Part shown: positions 29,419 to 38,978 of the stretch, piece by piece
Layout: each line of letters starts with the position of its first letter
Position numbering within the stretch: the stretch's first letter is position 1
Assembly (NCBI GenBank): GCA_963847455.1
Contig: CAWKAG010000032.1
Location: forward strand, 22,169 to 86,168
DNA from: an uncultured Acidimicrobiia bacterium
GTDB taxonomy: Bacteria; Actinomycetota; Acidimicrobiia; Spongiisociales; JAENVV01
Direction: 5' to 3'
DNA: 64,000 nt
The notes under the pieces: generated by a model
The model's input: the letters and a program-made list of their open reading frames with translations, nothing else
Databases searched by the model: none
Told to the model about the DNA's origin: nothing
Translations under genes and position numbers: made by a program

Positions 29419-30711
29419 CTACTGGTTGACGGCTTCCCGCACGGCGGTCGCCGCGTTGACCATGGCAGTCTCTGCATCGACCGTGCCGTTGCGAATCGCG
29501 GCCATGTTGTCGCCCAACGCACCCCAAACCGCCCCCATTTCAGGGATATTCGGAATCGGAACACCGTCGGCTGCCGACGCTCCGAATGTGGAGATGGCAA
29601 GGTCATCGGCCGTTGCGGCGATGATGGCGTTGTGGACCGGTGGGCGACCGTCGGCCGCGAACATCGCAGCCATGCCTTCCTCGGTGGCCATGAAGTCCAA
29701 CAAGAAGGTCTGGGCAACCAGTTTGTTCTCAGAGAACGAACTCAGGAAGAAACCTTGGACGCCGACGAAAGGCTGGGGTGTCCCGTCAGCGATTTTCGGA
29801 AGCTTGGCAACTGCCCAGTTCACGGTGTCCTGGTCGTTCAGCGCACCAAGTTCCCACGGGCCGGTGATCCAGAACGGTTCGGTCCCATCAAGGAATTGAT
29901 TCTTGGCGCCGTCGTAATTGACGGAAGCCATCACACCGTCTTTGACAAGTGTCTCGAGAGCCACGGCGCCGGAGATGGCTCCTGCCGAGTCAAGACCGAC
30001 ATCTGTCGGGTCGTAAACTCCATCAGTCGAGGCGAAGACGTAGCCGCCGGCCGCCGAGACAAACGGGTACATGTGGTAGGCGTCGGTACCGTCGCCGCCA
30101 CCGGTCACACCGATGCAGTTGGTGATGTCCACCATGTCGGCACAAGCTGCCGCAGCATCTTCCATCGAAGCAGGTGCTTCAGGGGCTAGGTCGGTGTTGT
30201 AATAGAGGGCAATAGCTTCGACCGCATATGGCACTCCGTAGAGCGTTCCATTAAACGTCAAGCCGTTCTTGGCCGACGTAATGAAGTCGTCGGCTTTGGC
30301 GCCAAGGTCGATTGGTTCCAAGATACCGTTGGTTGCCAGTTCACCCACCCAGTCGGATGCTCCGATGAAGATGTCCGGGCCTTCGCCGGCAGGTCCGGCG
30401 ACGCCGACCTGGTCCTTCATGGCTCCGAAGTCCACTAGTTCGATGATCACGTCAACGCCAGTTTCGGCCTCGAATGCCGGAACGACCTCTGCGATGGCGA
30501 TGGAGCGCTTTTCGTCGGCCCAAATGACCAATTCGATCATCTCTTCGGCTTCAGTGGTGGTGGTAACGACGGCTTCGGTCGTCGTGGTGGTTGTCTCGGC
30601 TGCAACAGGTGCAGCTGTCGTGTCGACGGTCTCTTCAGCGGACCCGCAGGCGGCAAGCACCAATGCGAGTACGGTCAAAAGCGCCAACCAGATGACTGGT
30701 TTTGTCTTCAA
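29419..30711 (-). CDS. malE: maltose/maltodextrin-type ABC substrate-binding lipoprotein
   Basis: Lipobox LVLAACGS and a type 1 sugar SBP fold pattern. TTG at 30711 sits 8 nt after AAGGAG, while the ATG at 30732 would add 7 residues. Confidence 0.85.
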   Translation of the reverse strand: MKTKPVIWLALLTVLALVLAACGSAEETVDTTAAPVAAETTTTTTEAVVTTTTEAEEMIELVIWADEKRSIAIAEVVPAFEAETGVDVIIELVDFGAMKDQVGVAGPAGEGPDIFIGASDWVGELATNGILEPIDLGAKADDFITSAKNGLTFNGTLYGVPYAVEAIALYYNTDLAPEAPASMEDAAAACADMVDITNCIGVTGGGDGTDAYHMYPFVSAAGGYVFASTDGVYDPTDVGLDSAGAISGAVALETLVKDGVMASVNYDGAKNQFLDGTEPFWITGPWELGALNDQDTVNWAVAKLPKIADGTPQPFVGVQGFFLSSFSENKLVAQTFLLDFMATEEGMAAMFAADGRPPVHNAIIAATADDLAISTFGASAADGVPIPNIPEMGAVWGALGDNMAAIRNGTVDAETAMVNAATAVREAVNQ

Positions 30712-30807
30712 GTCTATTTCTCCTTTGAGCATTTCTGAACGCGACTAATCAGCTCGTGCTGAATAGCGAGATGAAGTATCGCACACCGGAGTGGCGGTGC
30801 TAAATGG

Positions 30808-31599
30808 TCAGAAGACCCGATCTCTCACCCGAAGGTCAGTAGTGAGAAGGCTCCGAGCGCTGGCCAGGGTTACGAGCAGGACCGACGTCGTGACCGAACC
30901 CAGTACCAGGTACATGACCACGAGTTGGATCAAGACCGCTTGGAGCGGATCGACCCCGGCAAGAAGCAATCCAGTCATGGCTCCTGGTAGGGCGATCAGC
31001 CCCACCACCTTGGTCCGTTCGATCTGAGGGATCAGCGCCGACCTGGCCACGATGGCACCCACGACCTTGGCGACCTGTGCGCGTCCGAAGCCCAACGCCA
31101 GCATCGCTTCGAGTTCTCCCCGCCCGGTCACGAGGTATTCGTTCGTGCGAGTGACGGCTAGAACGGTGGCCGGCATCGTGTTGCCTATGGTGATGCCAGC
31201 CGTCACGATCAGGCTGACGGGCGTGAGGTCGAGTACTCCGAGCCCGAAGACCACGAGCAAGCTGACGGCGGTCGATCCGCCGATGGCCAGCAGGCCGATA
31301 TTGCGGATCTTGCTTCCGCCGCCGGCCCGTCGCCGAACCGTCTCGGCCGAGTAGGCGACCATTGCCGCGATCCACACCCACGGCAGCAGTTGAGAGTTGA
31401 ACGCCACCGAGAGAACCAGTCCGGCAACCAGTAGCTGGACTGCTGCCCGGAGCGACGCCCAGACAATCGTTCGCTCGAGGCCCAGCCTGCGCCAGGCCGA
31501 AACCCCGACCGCCACCCCTACCAGCGACAGTGAGGCCAGGACCGCCCAGACATCCAGATCGCTTTGTGGCACAGGCAGATACTCGCACAGACGGGCCAT
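30808..31599 (-). CDS. fetB: UPF0014/FetB-type ABC permease (iron export FetB-like)
   Basis: The C-terminal half aligns with E. coli FetB: IPQIERTKVVGLIALPGAMTGLLLAGVDPLQA versus IPTVDSAKTVGLVSLPGMMSGLIFAGIDPVKA. Confidence 0.8.
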   Translation of the reverse strand: MARLCEYLPVPQSDLDVWAVLASLSLVGVAVGVSAWRRLGLERTIVWASLRAAVQLLVAGLVLSVAFNSQLLPWVWIAAMVAYSAETVRRRAGGGSKIRNIGLLAIGGSTAVSLLVVFGLGVLDLTPVSLIVTAGITIGNTMPATVLAVTRTNEYLVTGRGELEAMLALGFGRAQVAKVVGAIVARSALIPQIERTKVVGLIALPGAMTGLLLAGVDPLQAVLIQLVVMYLVLGSVTTSVLLVTLASARSLLTTDLRVRDRVF

Positions 31600-31739
31600 G
31601 CTGGCGGGTGGATTCCGTTCACGAACTCATTAAGCTGCATTCGGATGTCCCGCCTATCCATTTCGAGCACATCGATAGTGCTCGTGTTTTCCAACATCAC
31701 CCCGACAAGGCCGTAACCTAGGTTGGAGGAGGTAGGTCC

Positions 31740-33095
31740 GTGAGTTGGCGCGATGGTGGGGGTCTGGCGATTCGGGTCCGGGCTCTGGTGGATCGGTTCA
31801 GAACCAGTTTGTTCGGGGTGCCGGTCCTGTGGATGGTCGCAACGATCGTTTTGTCTCGACTCATCATCGAGCTGGACAGCTCGGTCGATCCAGTCAGTCT
31901 CCCGCCGATCATCGTGACGACGGTTGATAGCGCTAGGGCAATCCTCAGTGCCATAGCCAGTGGGACGATCACGGCCGCCTCGGTAGTTTTCTCTCTGACG
32001 CTCGTTGCCATCCAACTGTCCTCGTCCGCGTATTCATCCCGGGTCCTGCGCGTCTTCCTGCGCGATCCCTTCCAGCAGAACATGATCGGTCTGGTCTTGA
32101 GTGCGTTCGTGTTCAGCGTCCTCGTATTGCGCGAGGTGCGGGGGCCGGTGGAAGAGGGAGGCGCGCCGTATCTGCCCAGCATTGCCGTAGCCGTAGCAAT
32201 CGTCTTCGCCCTCGCAGCCTTGCTGGCGTTGTTGGCCTCTATCAATCACACGGCTCAGCAGCTCCGGGTATCTACGGTGAGTCGCGAAGTGACTCGTCAG
32301 GTGCTCACGGTCGTTAAAGAACGGTACCGGGAACCAGCAGTGGTGGCCGGAGACGATTCTCCTGGTAACCGGCCCGTACCGAATGTTCCGGCCAGTCCGG
32401 GAACCGTCATCTCCGCCGGCCGATCGGGGTGGGTGCAGCAGATCAGTCTGCAGGCGCTGTTGGAGACGATCCAACCCCACGATGCGGTGCGGATCGAGGT
32501 GGCAGCCGGGATGTACGTGTACGCCGATGCCGCGCTCGTCACGATCTGGACTGCCGACGCTGACGGGCTAGGCGGACTCGAACGCCGGGTCCGAGAAGCC
32601 TTCGGCATCGGAGATCAGCGCACCCTGCAACAGGACGTCGGGTTCGGTCTCGTCATGTTGGAAGACATTGCGTTGAAGGCGCTGTCGCCTGGCATCAACG
32701 ATCCCAACACGGCCCATGCGGTCGTAGCCCAGATGGGGGAGTTGGTTCTGGAGGTTCTTAGTCGGAAGCTCCCGGCCCGGTTTGTCGCGGTCGACGATCG
32801 TCGAGTTTTTGCTCCGTTTCAACTAACTCATGACGACGTGGTTCATCAAGCTTTCGACCAGATTCGCACCTGTGCTCGACCGCTCCCGACGGTCCTCGGG
32901 TCGGTCTTGACCGCCTTGCAGGTGATCCGGTCGGAGCTGGTTCGGCGAGGCTTGGACACTGAACTGGCGATGACGGCACTGCGGGACCAGGCCCGGGCGG
33001 TGATTTCGGAGGTTGAGTTTTCTGGAGCCACGGAAACCGACAAGGCTCGAGTCCTCGGCCTCCTGGATCGGGATGCCTGGCGCTTCGATGCGTGA
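31740..33095 (+). CDS. DUF2254 domain-containing membrane protein
   Basis: GTG after GGAGGAGG. An N-terminal block of 4 TM helices, then a soluble domain with the LSPGINDPNTA motif remembered for DUF2254. Confidence 0.7.
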   Translation: MSWRDGGGLAIRVRALVDRFRTSLFGVPVLWMVATIVLSRLIIELDSSVDPVSLPPIIVTTVDSARAILSAIASGTITAASVVFSLTLVAIQLSSSAYSSRVLRVFLRDPFQQNMIGLVLSAFVFSVLVLREVRGPVEEGGAPYLPSIAVAVAIVFALAALLALLASINHTAQQLRVSTVSREVTRQVLTVVKERYREPAVVAGDDSPGNRPVPNVPASPGTVISAGRSGWVQQISLQALLETIQPHDAVRIEVAAGMYVYADAALVTIWTADADGLGGLERRVREAFGIGDQRTLQQDVGFGLVMLEDIALKALSPGINDPNTAHAVVAQMGELVLEVLSRKLPARFVAVDDRRVFAPFQLTHDDVVHQAFDQIRTCARPLPTVLGSVLTALQVIRSELVRRGLDTELAMTALRDQARAVISEVEFSGATETDKARVLGLLDRDAWRFDA

Positions 33096-33111
33096 CAGCT
33101 GAGGATCTGCG

Positions 33112-35526
33112 ATGAGTGACGGCAACCTGCCCCAACCCATTACGAACTACCTCGAGCTGCGTGATCACTTTGTAGCCGAACGTCCCCCCGGCGGTGGGCG
33201 TCAGATTTGCGTCGAACTAACCGCCGCCCTCGACGCAGCGGTTGGCGAACTTGCTGACGGACTGCCTGCCACCTCAGTGGTGGTAGCCGTAGGCGGCTAC
33301 GGTCGAGGTGAGTTGTGCCTCGGATCCGACGTCGATCTGATGACCGTGCACGTCGATCGACCCGCCGCCAAATCTGTATCTTCTCTCCTGTATCCCCTCT
33401 GGGATGCCAAGCTGGTCGTCGGCCATGCCGCCCGCACGCTCAAGGAGATTGCGGTGGCGGTTCGGGACTCAGTTGAGACCTTGAGCGCCTTGATGACTAT
33501 GCGGTACGTGGCCGGGCGACGTGAACTCTTCGAGCAGTCGGTTGAAGTCGTCACGAGGCTGATGAAGCAGCAGTCGGGCGGGCTCAGTGAGGCACTTCAG
33601 GTCGAAGAGGCGGCACGGAGGAGAGACGAGCCCTATTGGCTCCTGGCGGCCGACATAAAAGAGGGGCGCGGGGGACTGAGGACACTCCACGGAGTTGGTC
33701 TCGACCGGATCCGGACGGGTGGCGGCGGCGAACCGCTAGATCCCATAGCCGACGTTCTCCTCGATATACGTAACGGTCTCCACGCCGTGTCCGGCCATAC
33801 GGTCCGCAAGCCGAGCAATCGATATACCTTCGAAGTGCGGGAAGCGGTCGCGGCATGGCTGGGCGACGATTCGCTCGAGGTGGGCCAACGATTGCAACGG
33901 GCGCGCCGTTCGGCTGAGCATCTCGCCAACCAGCAATTCCCACGACTTGGCGAGTCGCCCGATCCAGTCGCCGGGGCAGGTCGGTGGCTGTTTCGCGCCC
34001 TGCGTCGGTCGCCTACCGCTTCGTATTCATCGGCTTTCGTCCAGTCGGCCGCGGTGCTCGACACGTCCAGCGGCGCCGCCTTTTCGCCGACGGAGGAGCG
34101 GGCCGTCCGGATGGCCGGGCCACCGCTTTGGTCCGATGACGATCGGGCTCTGTTCGTACGAATCCTTGCCAGCGGCGACCGGGGTCGAGCCGTCATCGAG
34201 CGGTTGCATGAATTCGGATGGCTGGCGAAAGCGATACCCGAGTGGGTTGAATCCCAGGACCGACCGCATGTCGTACCGTTCCATGCGTATACGGTCGGTG
34301 GACATCATTGGGCAACCGTCGACGAGATTCTCCGCCTTATTGACGACGACGATCCGATGCTGACAACCGTCACCGATGAACTGGGCTCCGTCGATGATCT
34401 TTTGGTGGCCGGGTTCTTTCACGATGTTGGCAAGTCACGTCCGGGCGACCACTCAGTAGTCGGGGCCGAAATGATTGGTGACTTTGCCCGGCGCGCCCAC
34501 TTCAGCCCAACGAGCCAGCGTAGGCTCGGCGAGGCAGTGCGGCTGCATCTCCTCATACCCGATACTGCAGCCGGGCGGGATATTGATGACACTGACGTGA
34601 TTGCAGACGTCGCGGCCCGAATTGGTGATGTGCAGCTACTCAGGCTCTTGTACTTGCTCTCGATCGCCGACAGTCGGGCTACCGGTCCGAACATGTTGAC
34701 GGCCTGGAAAGCGAACCTGATGCGTCAGCTCTTTCAACGGGTCGAAGAACACCTGACCGGATCGCCTTCGCCTGTGGACGAAGCGACCATCGTGAGCGCC
34801 GCCGGCGGCGCTATCGGTCCGCAGCGTGTCTCGGGCTTCCTGGCGGCGCTGCCAGCGGGCTATGCGGATCGGTTCAGCCTTGAAGAAATCGTACGCCACC
34901 TGCAAATCACCAGTCCGCCACCGCGACAACACGAGCTCCGGTGGAGTGCCCAACCCCTCCGGAGTGTCACGTCGCTTGTGATGGCGGCGATCCATGAACC
35001 GGGACTACTGGTGCGGGTCGCCGGGACCTTGGCGGCCTATGGGATCGAAGTGCTAGACGCACGACTTGTCACGACCGATACCGGGATCGGCATTGACACA
35101 TTCCATGTGCAAGATGCGCTCCAAGGGGGACCAGTCGCCGACGCAAAACTACAAACGATCTTCCACGACCTGACGACGCACACCGATTATCGGTCCCGAC
35201 TCGAAGAACGGCGCGCCAGTTATGGATCGGTGACCCCAGGGGGTTACGTCACAAGCTATCGCGACGGTCGCGCATCCGTCCTGGAAGTTCGGGCGGTGGA
35301 CCGTATTGGACTGCTGCACGATGTGTGCGAGGTGCTCACGAGTTGTGGGGTCTCGATTCATCTGGCAAGGATCCGGTCGCGCGGTGATCTGGCGATCGAC
35401 ACGCTCTGGCTGCGCGAAGCAGTGAGCGGGAAGGTGCTTTCCGACGAACGACTCGAGGCCACCGTCGCCACAATTAAGGCCTGGATCGCGAGCCCTGGAT
35501 CCCCCAAGGGTGGTGAATCGTCATAG
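33112..35526 (+). CDS. glnD: [protein-PII] uridylyltransferase/uridylyl-removing enzyme
   Basis: Nucleotidyltransferase motif GGYGRGELCLGSDVDL, an HD domain (FHDVGK...), and two C-terminal ACT-like segments. 804 aa. Confidence 0.9.
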   Translation: MSDGNLPQPITNYLELRDHFVAERPPGGGRQICVELTAALDAAVGELADGLPATSVVVAVGGYGRGELCLGSDVDLMTVHVDRPAAKSVSSLLYPLWDAKLVVGHAARTLKEIAVAVRDSVETLSALMTMRYVAGRRELFEQSVEVVTRLMKQQSGGLSEALQVEEAARRRDEPYWLLAADIKEGRGGLRTLHGVGLDRIRTGGGGEPLDPIADVLLDIRNGLHAVSGHTVRKPSNRYTFEVREAVAAWLGDDSLEVGQRLQRARRSAEHLANQQFPRLGESPDPVAGAGRWLFRALRRSPTASYSSAFVQSAAVLDTSSGAAFSPTEERAVRMAGPPLWSDDDRALFVRILASGDRGRAVIERLHEFGWLAKAIPEWVESQDRPHVVPFHAYTVGGHHWATVDEILRLIDDDDPMLTTVTDELGSVDDLLVAGFFHDVGKSRPGDHSVVGAEMIGDFARRAHFSPTSQRRLGEAVRLHLLIPDTAAGRDIDDTDVIADVAARIGDVQLLRLLYLLSIADSRATGPNMLTAWKANLMRQLFQRVEEHLTGSPSPVDEATIVSAAGGAIGPQRVSGFLAALPAGYADRFSLEEIVRHLQITSPPPRQHELRWSAQPLRSVTSLVMAAIHEPGLLVRVAGTLAAYGIEVLDARLVTTDTGIGIDTFHVQDALQGGPVADAKLQTIFHDLTTHTDYRSRLEERRASYGSVTPGGYVTSYRDGRASVLEVRAVDRIGLLHDVCEVLTSCGVSIHLARIRSRGDLAIDTLWLREAVSGKVLSDERLEATVATIKAWIASPGSPKGGESS

Positions 35527-35706
35527 AACTGGACCTATTCAACTGTACCTGGCGCGATCGCCACCACTATCCGTGGCCAAGACGTGGCCGGATGTTTGGA
35601 GTGGAATCTGCCGTCGGTCCCATAGCAAAGGTCTTTTTGGGACAAACGTCCCGGTTCGGTTGGGAAATTGAGTCAAGAAAATGCCACTGAAGTGGAAGAA
35701 AAGGGG

Positions 35707-35735
35707 TTCACAAAACCTTAAACATGTGTCATATT
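35707..35735 (+). promoter_or_regulatory. candidate sigma-70-type promoter for the sigma factor gene
   Basis: TTCACA, a 17-nt spacer, then CATATT, about 70 nt upstream of the ATG in an AT-richer stretch. Confidence 0.3.
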
Positions 35736-35806
35736 GGGACAGCGCCTCCGTTTGGAAAGGTTTCCACTCAGCTGCGCACTCCCCCTGATACAAAGGATAT
35801 TCCCGC

Positions 35807-36790
35807 ATGGCTGCAACTGACCCTGCGCGGGCCAAAGCCCGCAAGGCGCCCGCTCGGGCATCCAAGCTCACCGATGAGCGTGGACGACTGACTACTGACC
35901 TCGTTTCCCAGTACCTGACTGCGATCGGCGAGTATGACCTGCTCACCGCTGAGCAAGAGGTTGAACTGGCCCAGTTGATCGAAACTGGAGAAGAAGCCGT
36001 CGGTCGGATCGAAGCGGGTGACTACAAGGGCAAGAAAGCCGAGATCGAGCTGCGCCGCAAGGTGCGCAAGGGTCGCGAGGCCAAAGATGCATTCCTCACG
36101 GCCAACCTCCGCCTGGTGGTCGCCAACGCTCGTCGTTACGCAAACACCTCCGGTATCGACTTCCTCGACCTGATCCAAGAAGGCAACCTTGGCCTGATTC
36201 GTGCCGTCGAGAAGTTCGACTGGCGCAAAGGTTTCAAGTTTTCGACGTATGCGACCTGGTGGATACGCCAGGCCATCACCCGGGCCATCGCCGACAAATC
36301 ACGGACCGTTCGTATTCCTGTTCACTTGCACGACACGCTCGCAGCAGTGCGTGCCGCCCAGGCCAGCTTGAAGGCTGAACTTGGTCGTGATCCCAAGCCA
36401 GACGAGATTGCCGAAGAAGCCGGCGTAACCGTCGACAAAGTCGAACTCGCCCTCAGTGTCGCCGACACGGTCTCGCTTGAGCAGCCCGTCGGTGAAGATG
36501 GTGCACAACTTGGCGACTTCATCGAAGACGAAGATGCCGCCGATCCAGTGCTCATCACCGAGGAGATGGATGTTGCCAACAGCCTCCGGGTTTCGATCGA
36601 ACGGCTTCCCGACAGGGAAGGTCGCATTCTTGCTCTTCGTTACGGTTTCTACGACGGCGTGCCCCGCACACTCGAGGAGATCGGCGACGAGTTCAATCTG
36701 ACCCGTGAGCGTATCCGCCAGTTGGAGAAGTTGGCCCTATGCCGACTCCGCCATCCTTCCTTCGGGATTCGCGAACAAGACCTCATCTAG
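35807..36790 (+). CDS. RNA polymerase sigma-70 family factor, group 1/2 (SigA/SigB-like)
   Basis: Region 2 ([39 protein letters not shown]) through region 4 ([14 protein letters not shown]). 327 aa with a short region 1. Confidence 0.9.
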   Translation: MAATDPARAKARKAPARASKLTDERGRLTTDLVSQYLTAIGEYDLLTAEQEVELAQLIETGEEAVGRIEAGDYKGKKAEIELRRKVRKGREAKDAFLTANLRLVVANARRYANTSGIDFLDLIQEGNLGLIRAVEKFDWRKGFKFSTYATWWIRQAITRAIADKSRTVRIPVHLHDTLAAVRAAQASLKAELGRDPKPDEIAEEAGVTVDKVELALSVADTVSLEQPVGEDGAQLGDFIEDEDAADPVLITEEMDVANSLRVSIERLPDREGRILALRYGFYDGVPRTLEEIGDEFNLTRERIRQLEKLALCRLRHPSFGIREQDLI

Positions 36791-36885
36791 TTAGCCCATG
36801 AGGACAGGTGGCGCTCCCGATGGGGCCATCCTGCCCTACGGGTGGTAGCCGCCTCACCTTATGATTTGTTCACCGAGGAGGATGC

Positions 36886-37281
36886 GTGATGAAACTGAGG
36901 GATCTGATCCAGAATTCAGCTGAGACCATGAGTCCAGCTTCAACGCTCCGCGAAGCCGCCGAGGCGATGGTGGCCGGTGATGTTGGTTCCATGGGAATCG
37001 TGGACGATGGTGCGCTCATTGGCATTCTTACCGAACGCGACATCCTTGAAGCGACTGCCCGGGGAGTCGATTTCGACCAAGCGGTGATCGGCAATCACAT
37101 GACCCGGAACCCGGACGTGTTCGACCCCGACACCGATGTGGACCAGGTAGCCGAGTGGCTCCTCGAGACCGGCTATCGCCATGTGCCGGTCATTGATGAA
37201 GACACGTCGGCCATCCTGTCGATTCGCGACATTCTCGCCGCCATTGTTGACCCGGGACGAATGCGGGTTCTCAATCCCTAG
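36886..37281 (+). CDS. CBS-pair domain protein
   Basis: Two CBS repeats (VGSMGIVDDGALIGILTERDIL and RHVPVIDEDTSAILSIRDIL). The ATG at 36889, 7 nt after GAGGAGGA, may be the real start. Confidence 0.8.
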   Translation: MMKLRDLIQNSAETMSPASTLREAAEAMVAGDVGSMGIVDDGALIGILTERDILEATARGVDFDQAVIGNHMTRNPDVFDPDTDVDQVAEWLLETGYRHVPVIDEDTSAILSIRDILAAIVDPGRMRVLNP

Positions 37282-37349
37282 GTGCCCGTGCTGCTATCGG
37301 CAGCCCTGGCGTGCGCTAGCTTGACCCTTCGTTAGATGGGGGAAGGATC

Positions 37350-38318
37350 TTGCAGACGGTTCTCGTAACGGGCGGAGCAGGGTTTATCGGCTCGGTGACG
37401 ACTGATCAACTGGTCGATCGTGGCGATCGGGTGATTGTCGTTGATGACCTGTCGCGTGGATTCGCCGACAACGTTCACGAAGATGCGGTGTTTGTCCAAG
37501 CTGACCTCGGCGACCGCGGCGTGGTTGAGTCGCTACTCACCGAGTATCGCCCGGATGCCGTAATCCATTTCGCCGGATACATAGCGGTTGGAGAATCGGT
37601 CCATTACCCGGGTCCATACATCGACCGGAACGTCGGCCGGTCGACAACCTTGCTTGATTGTCTCGTACGCCACGAGATAGGCAACGTGGTGTTTTCTAGT
37701 TCGGCAGCTGTCTACGGGGAACCTGGTCGGGTGCCGATAAACGAGGACGAAGCCAAACATCCGACGTCACCGTATGGTTGGACGAAATGGGCGTTTGAGG
37801 AGGTCCTCGGCTTCTACGAAGTTGCGCACGGAATACGTCATGTTGCGCTTCGTTACTTCAATGCTGCTGGCGCAACTTCCACACGGGTGGAACGGCACGA
37901 TCCAGAGACGCATCTCATTCCAAATATTCTCGAAGCGGCCAGTGGAGGCAAGACGATCTCCGTCTTCGGGACGGATTATCCGACCCCCGATGGCACTGCG
38001 GTTCGCGACTATGTACACGTTTCCGACCTGGCGGACGCTCACCTGCGAGCCGTCGACTACCTGATCGGGGGAGGAGCTTCGACGGCGCTTAATCTCGGGT
38101 CGGGCGCCGGGTTCTCGGTCATGCAGGTTATCGATGCCGTCCGTCGAGTTACCGGCCGGGACTTCCCGGTCGTCCTCGGTGATCGCCGGGCCGGTGACCC
38201 GCCAGAATTGGTAGCCGATCCGTCAAGGGCGCGAGCGGTGCTCGGCTGGGAAGCAAAGCAGTCGGACCTCGATCATGTTGTCCGGAGCTCCTGGGACGTT
38301 CGGATGCCTAACGCGTAG
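37350..38318 (+). CDS. galE: UDP-glucose 4-epimerase
   Basis: VLVTGGAGFIGS Rossmann motif, SSSAAVYG, YGWTKW (YxxxK), and RYFNAAGA. Confidence 0.9.
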   Translation: MQTVLVTGGAGFIGSVTTDQLVDRGDRVIVVDDLSRGFADNVHEDAVFVQADLGDRGVVESLLTEYRPDAVIHFAGYIAVGESVHYPGPYIDRNVGRSTTLLDCLVRHEIGNVVFSSSAAVYGEPGRVPINEDEAKHPTSPYGWTKWAFEEVLGFYEVAHGIRHVALRYFNAAGATSTRVERHDPETHLIPNILEAASGGKTISVFGTDYPTPDGTAVRDYVHVSDLADAHLRAVDYLIGGGASTALNLGSGAGFSVMQVIDAVRRVTGRDFPVVLGDRRAGDPPELVADPSRARAVLGWEAKQSDLDHVVRSSWDVRMPNA

Positions 38319-38970
38319 GGATGTCCAGCAGGCAAGTGAGGTCATGGCCGACGATCGTCGGCGGTTGGTTCGGCACTCCCCAGATAGCCCCCGGACGGGC
38401 GATGAAGGCGGCCTGCGAGCCAACCGACCCTGCGCCGATAATGTCCCAGTCGTGAGCAGCCACCATGAGCATCTCGTCGATCTCGATATTCAGCTTTGAT
38501 GCCGCCCACAAGTAGGTCTCGGGTGCCGGCTTGAAGCGGCGTACCGATTCGACCGACAGGACACCCTCGAGGAGTGGGGCGATTCCACTGTTCGTCATTT
38601 GCGCTTCGGCGGCTGCCAGGCTGCCGTTCGTGAAGGTGACGAGTCGCCATCCGCGTTCAGCCAATGTCGTAAGTGTCGGGAGCACATCGGGGTGGGGTGG
38701 AAGCGATTGCATTCTGGCCACGAAGTCAGCAGCCTGGTCGGCGGAGAGATTGACCTGGCGTTTCTGGGCGACCACGAGGAGGGCTTCGACGCCGAGCATC
38801 GCGAACGGCCGGTACTGACCGGTGTGATTGGCGACCAACGAACCGTGCAGCATCCGGGCAAACCATTCGCCCATCGGTTCGGCCGAACCGATGAGGTCGG
38901 TAAAGGCTGGCCGCATCGCACCGAGATCGAGAAGGGTTTCGTTGACATCGAAAACCATGGCTTTGATCAT
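38308..38970 (-). CDS. haloacid dehalogenase type II-like HAD hydrolase
   Basis: MVFDVNETLLD (nucleophile Asp), TFTNGS, KPAPETY, AAHDWD. The ATG at 38970 discards an Arg-rich artefactual extension of 126 aa. Confidence 0.8.
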   Translation of the reverse strand: MIKAMVFDVNETLLDLGAMRPAFTDLIGSAEPMGEWFARMLHGSLVANHTGQYRPFAMLGVEALLVVAQKRQVNLSADQAADFVARMQSLPPHPDVLPTLTTLAERGWRLVTFTNGSLAAAEAQMTNSGIAPLLEGVLSVESVRRFKPAPETYLWAASKLNIEIDEMLMVAAHDWDIIGAGSVGSQAAFIARPGAIWGVPNQPPTIVGHDLTCLLDIPTR

Positions 38971-38978
38971 GTTTGCCT

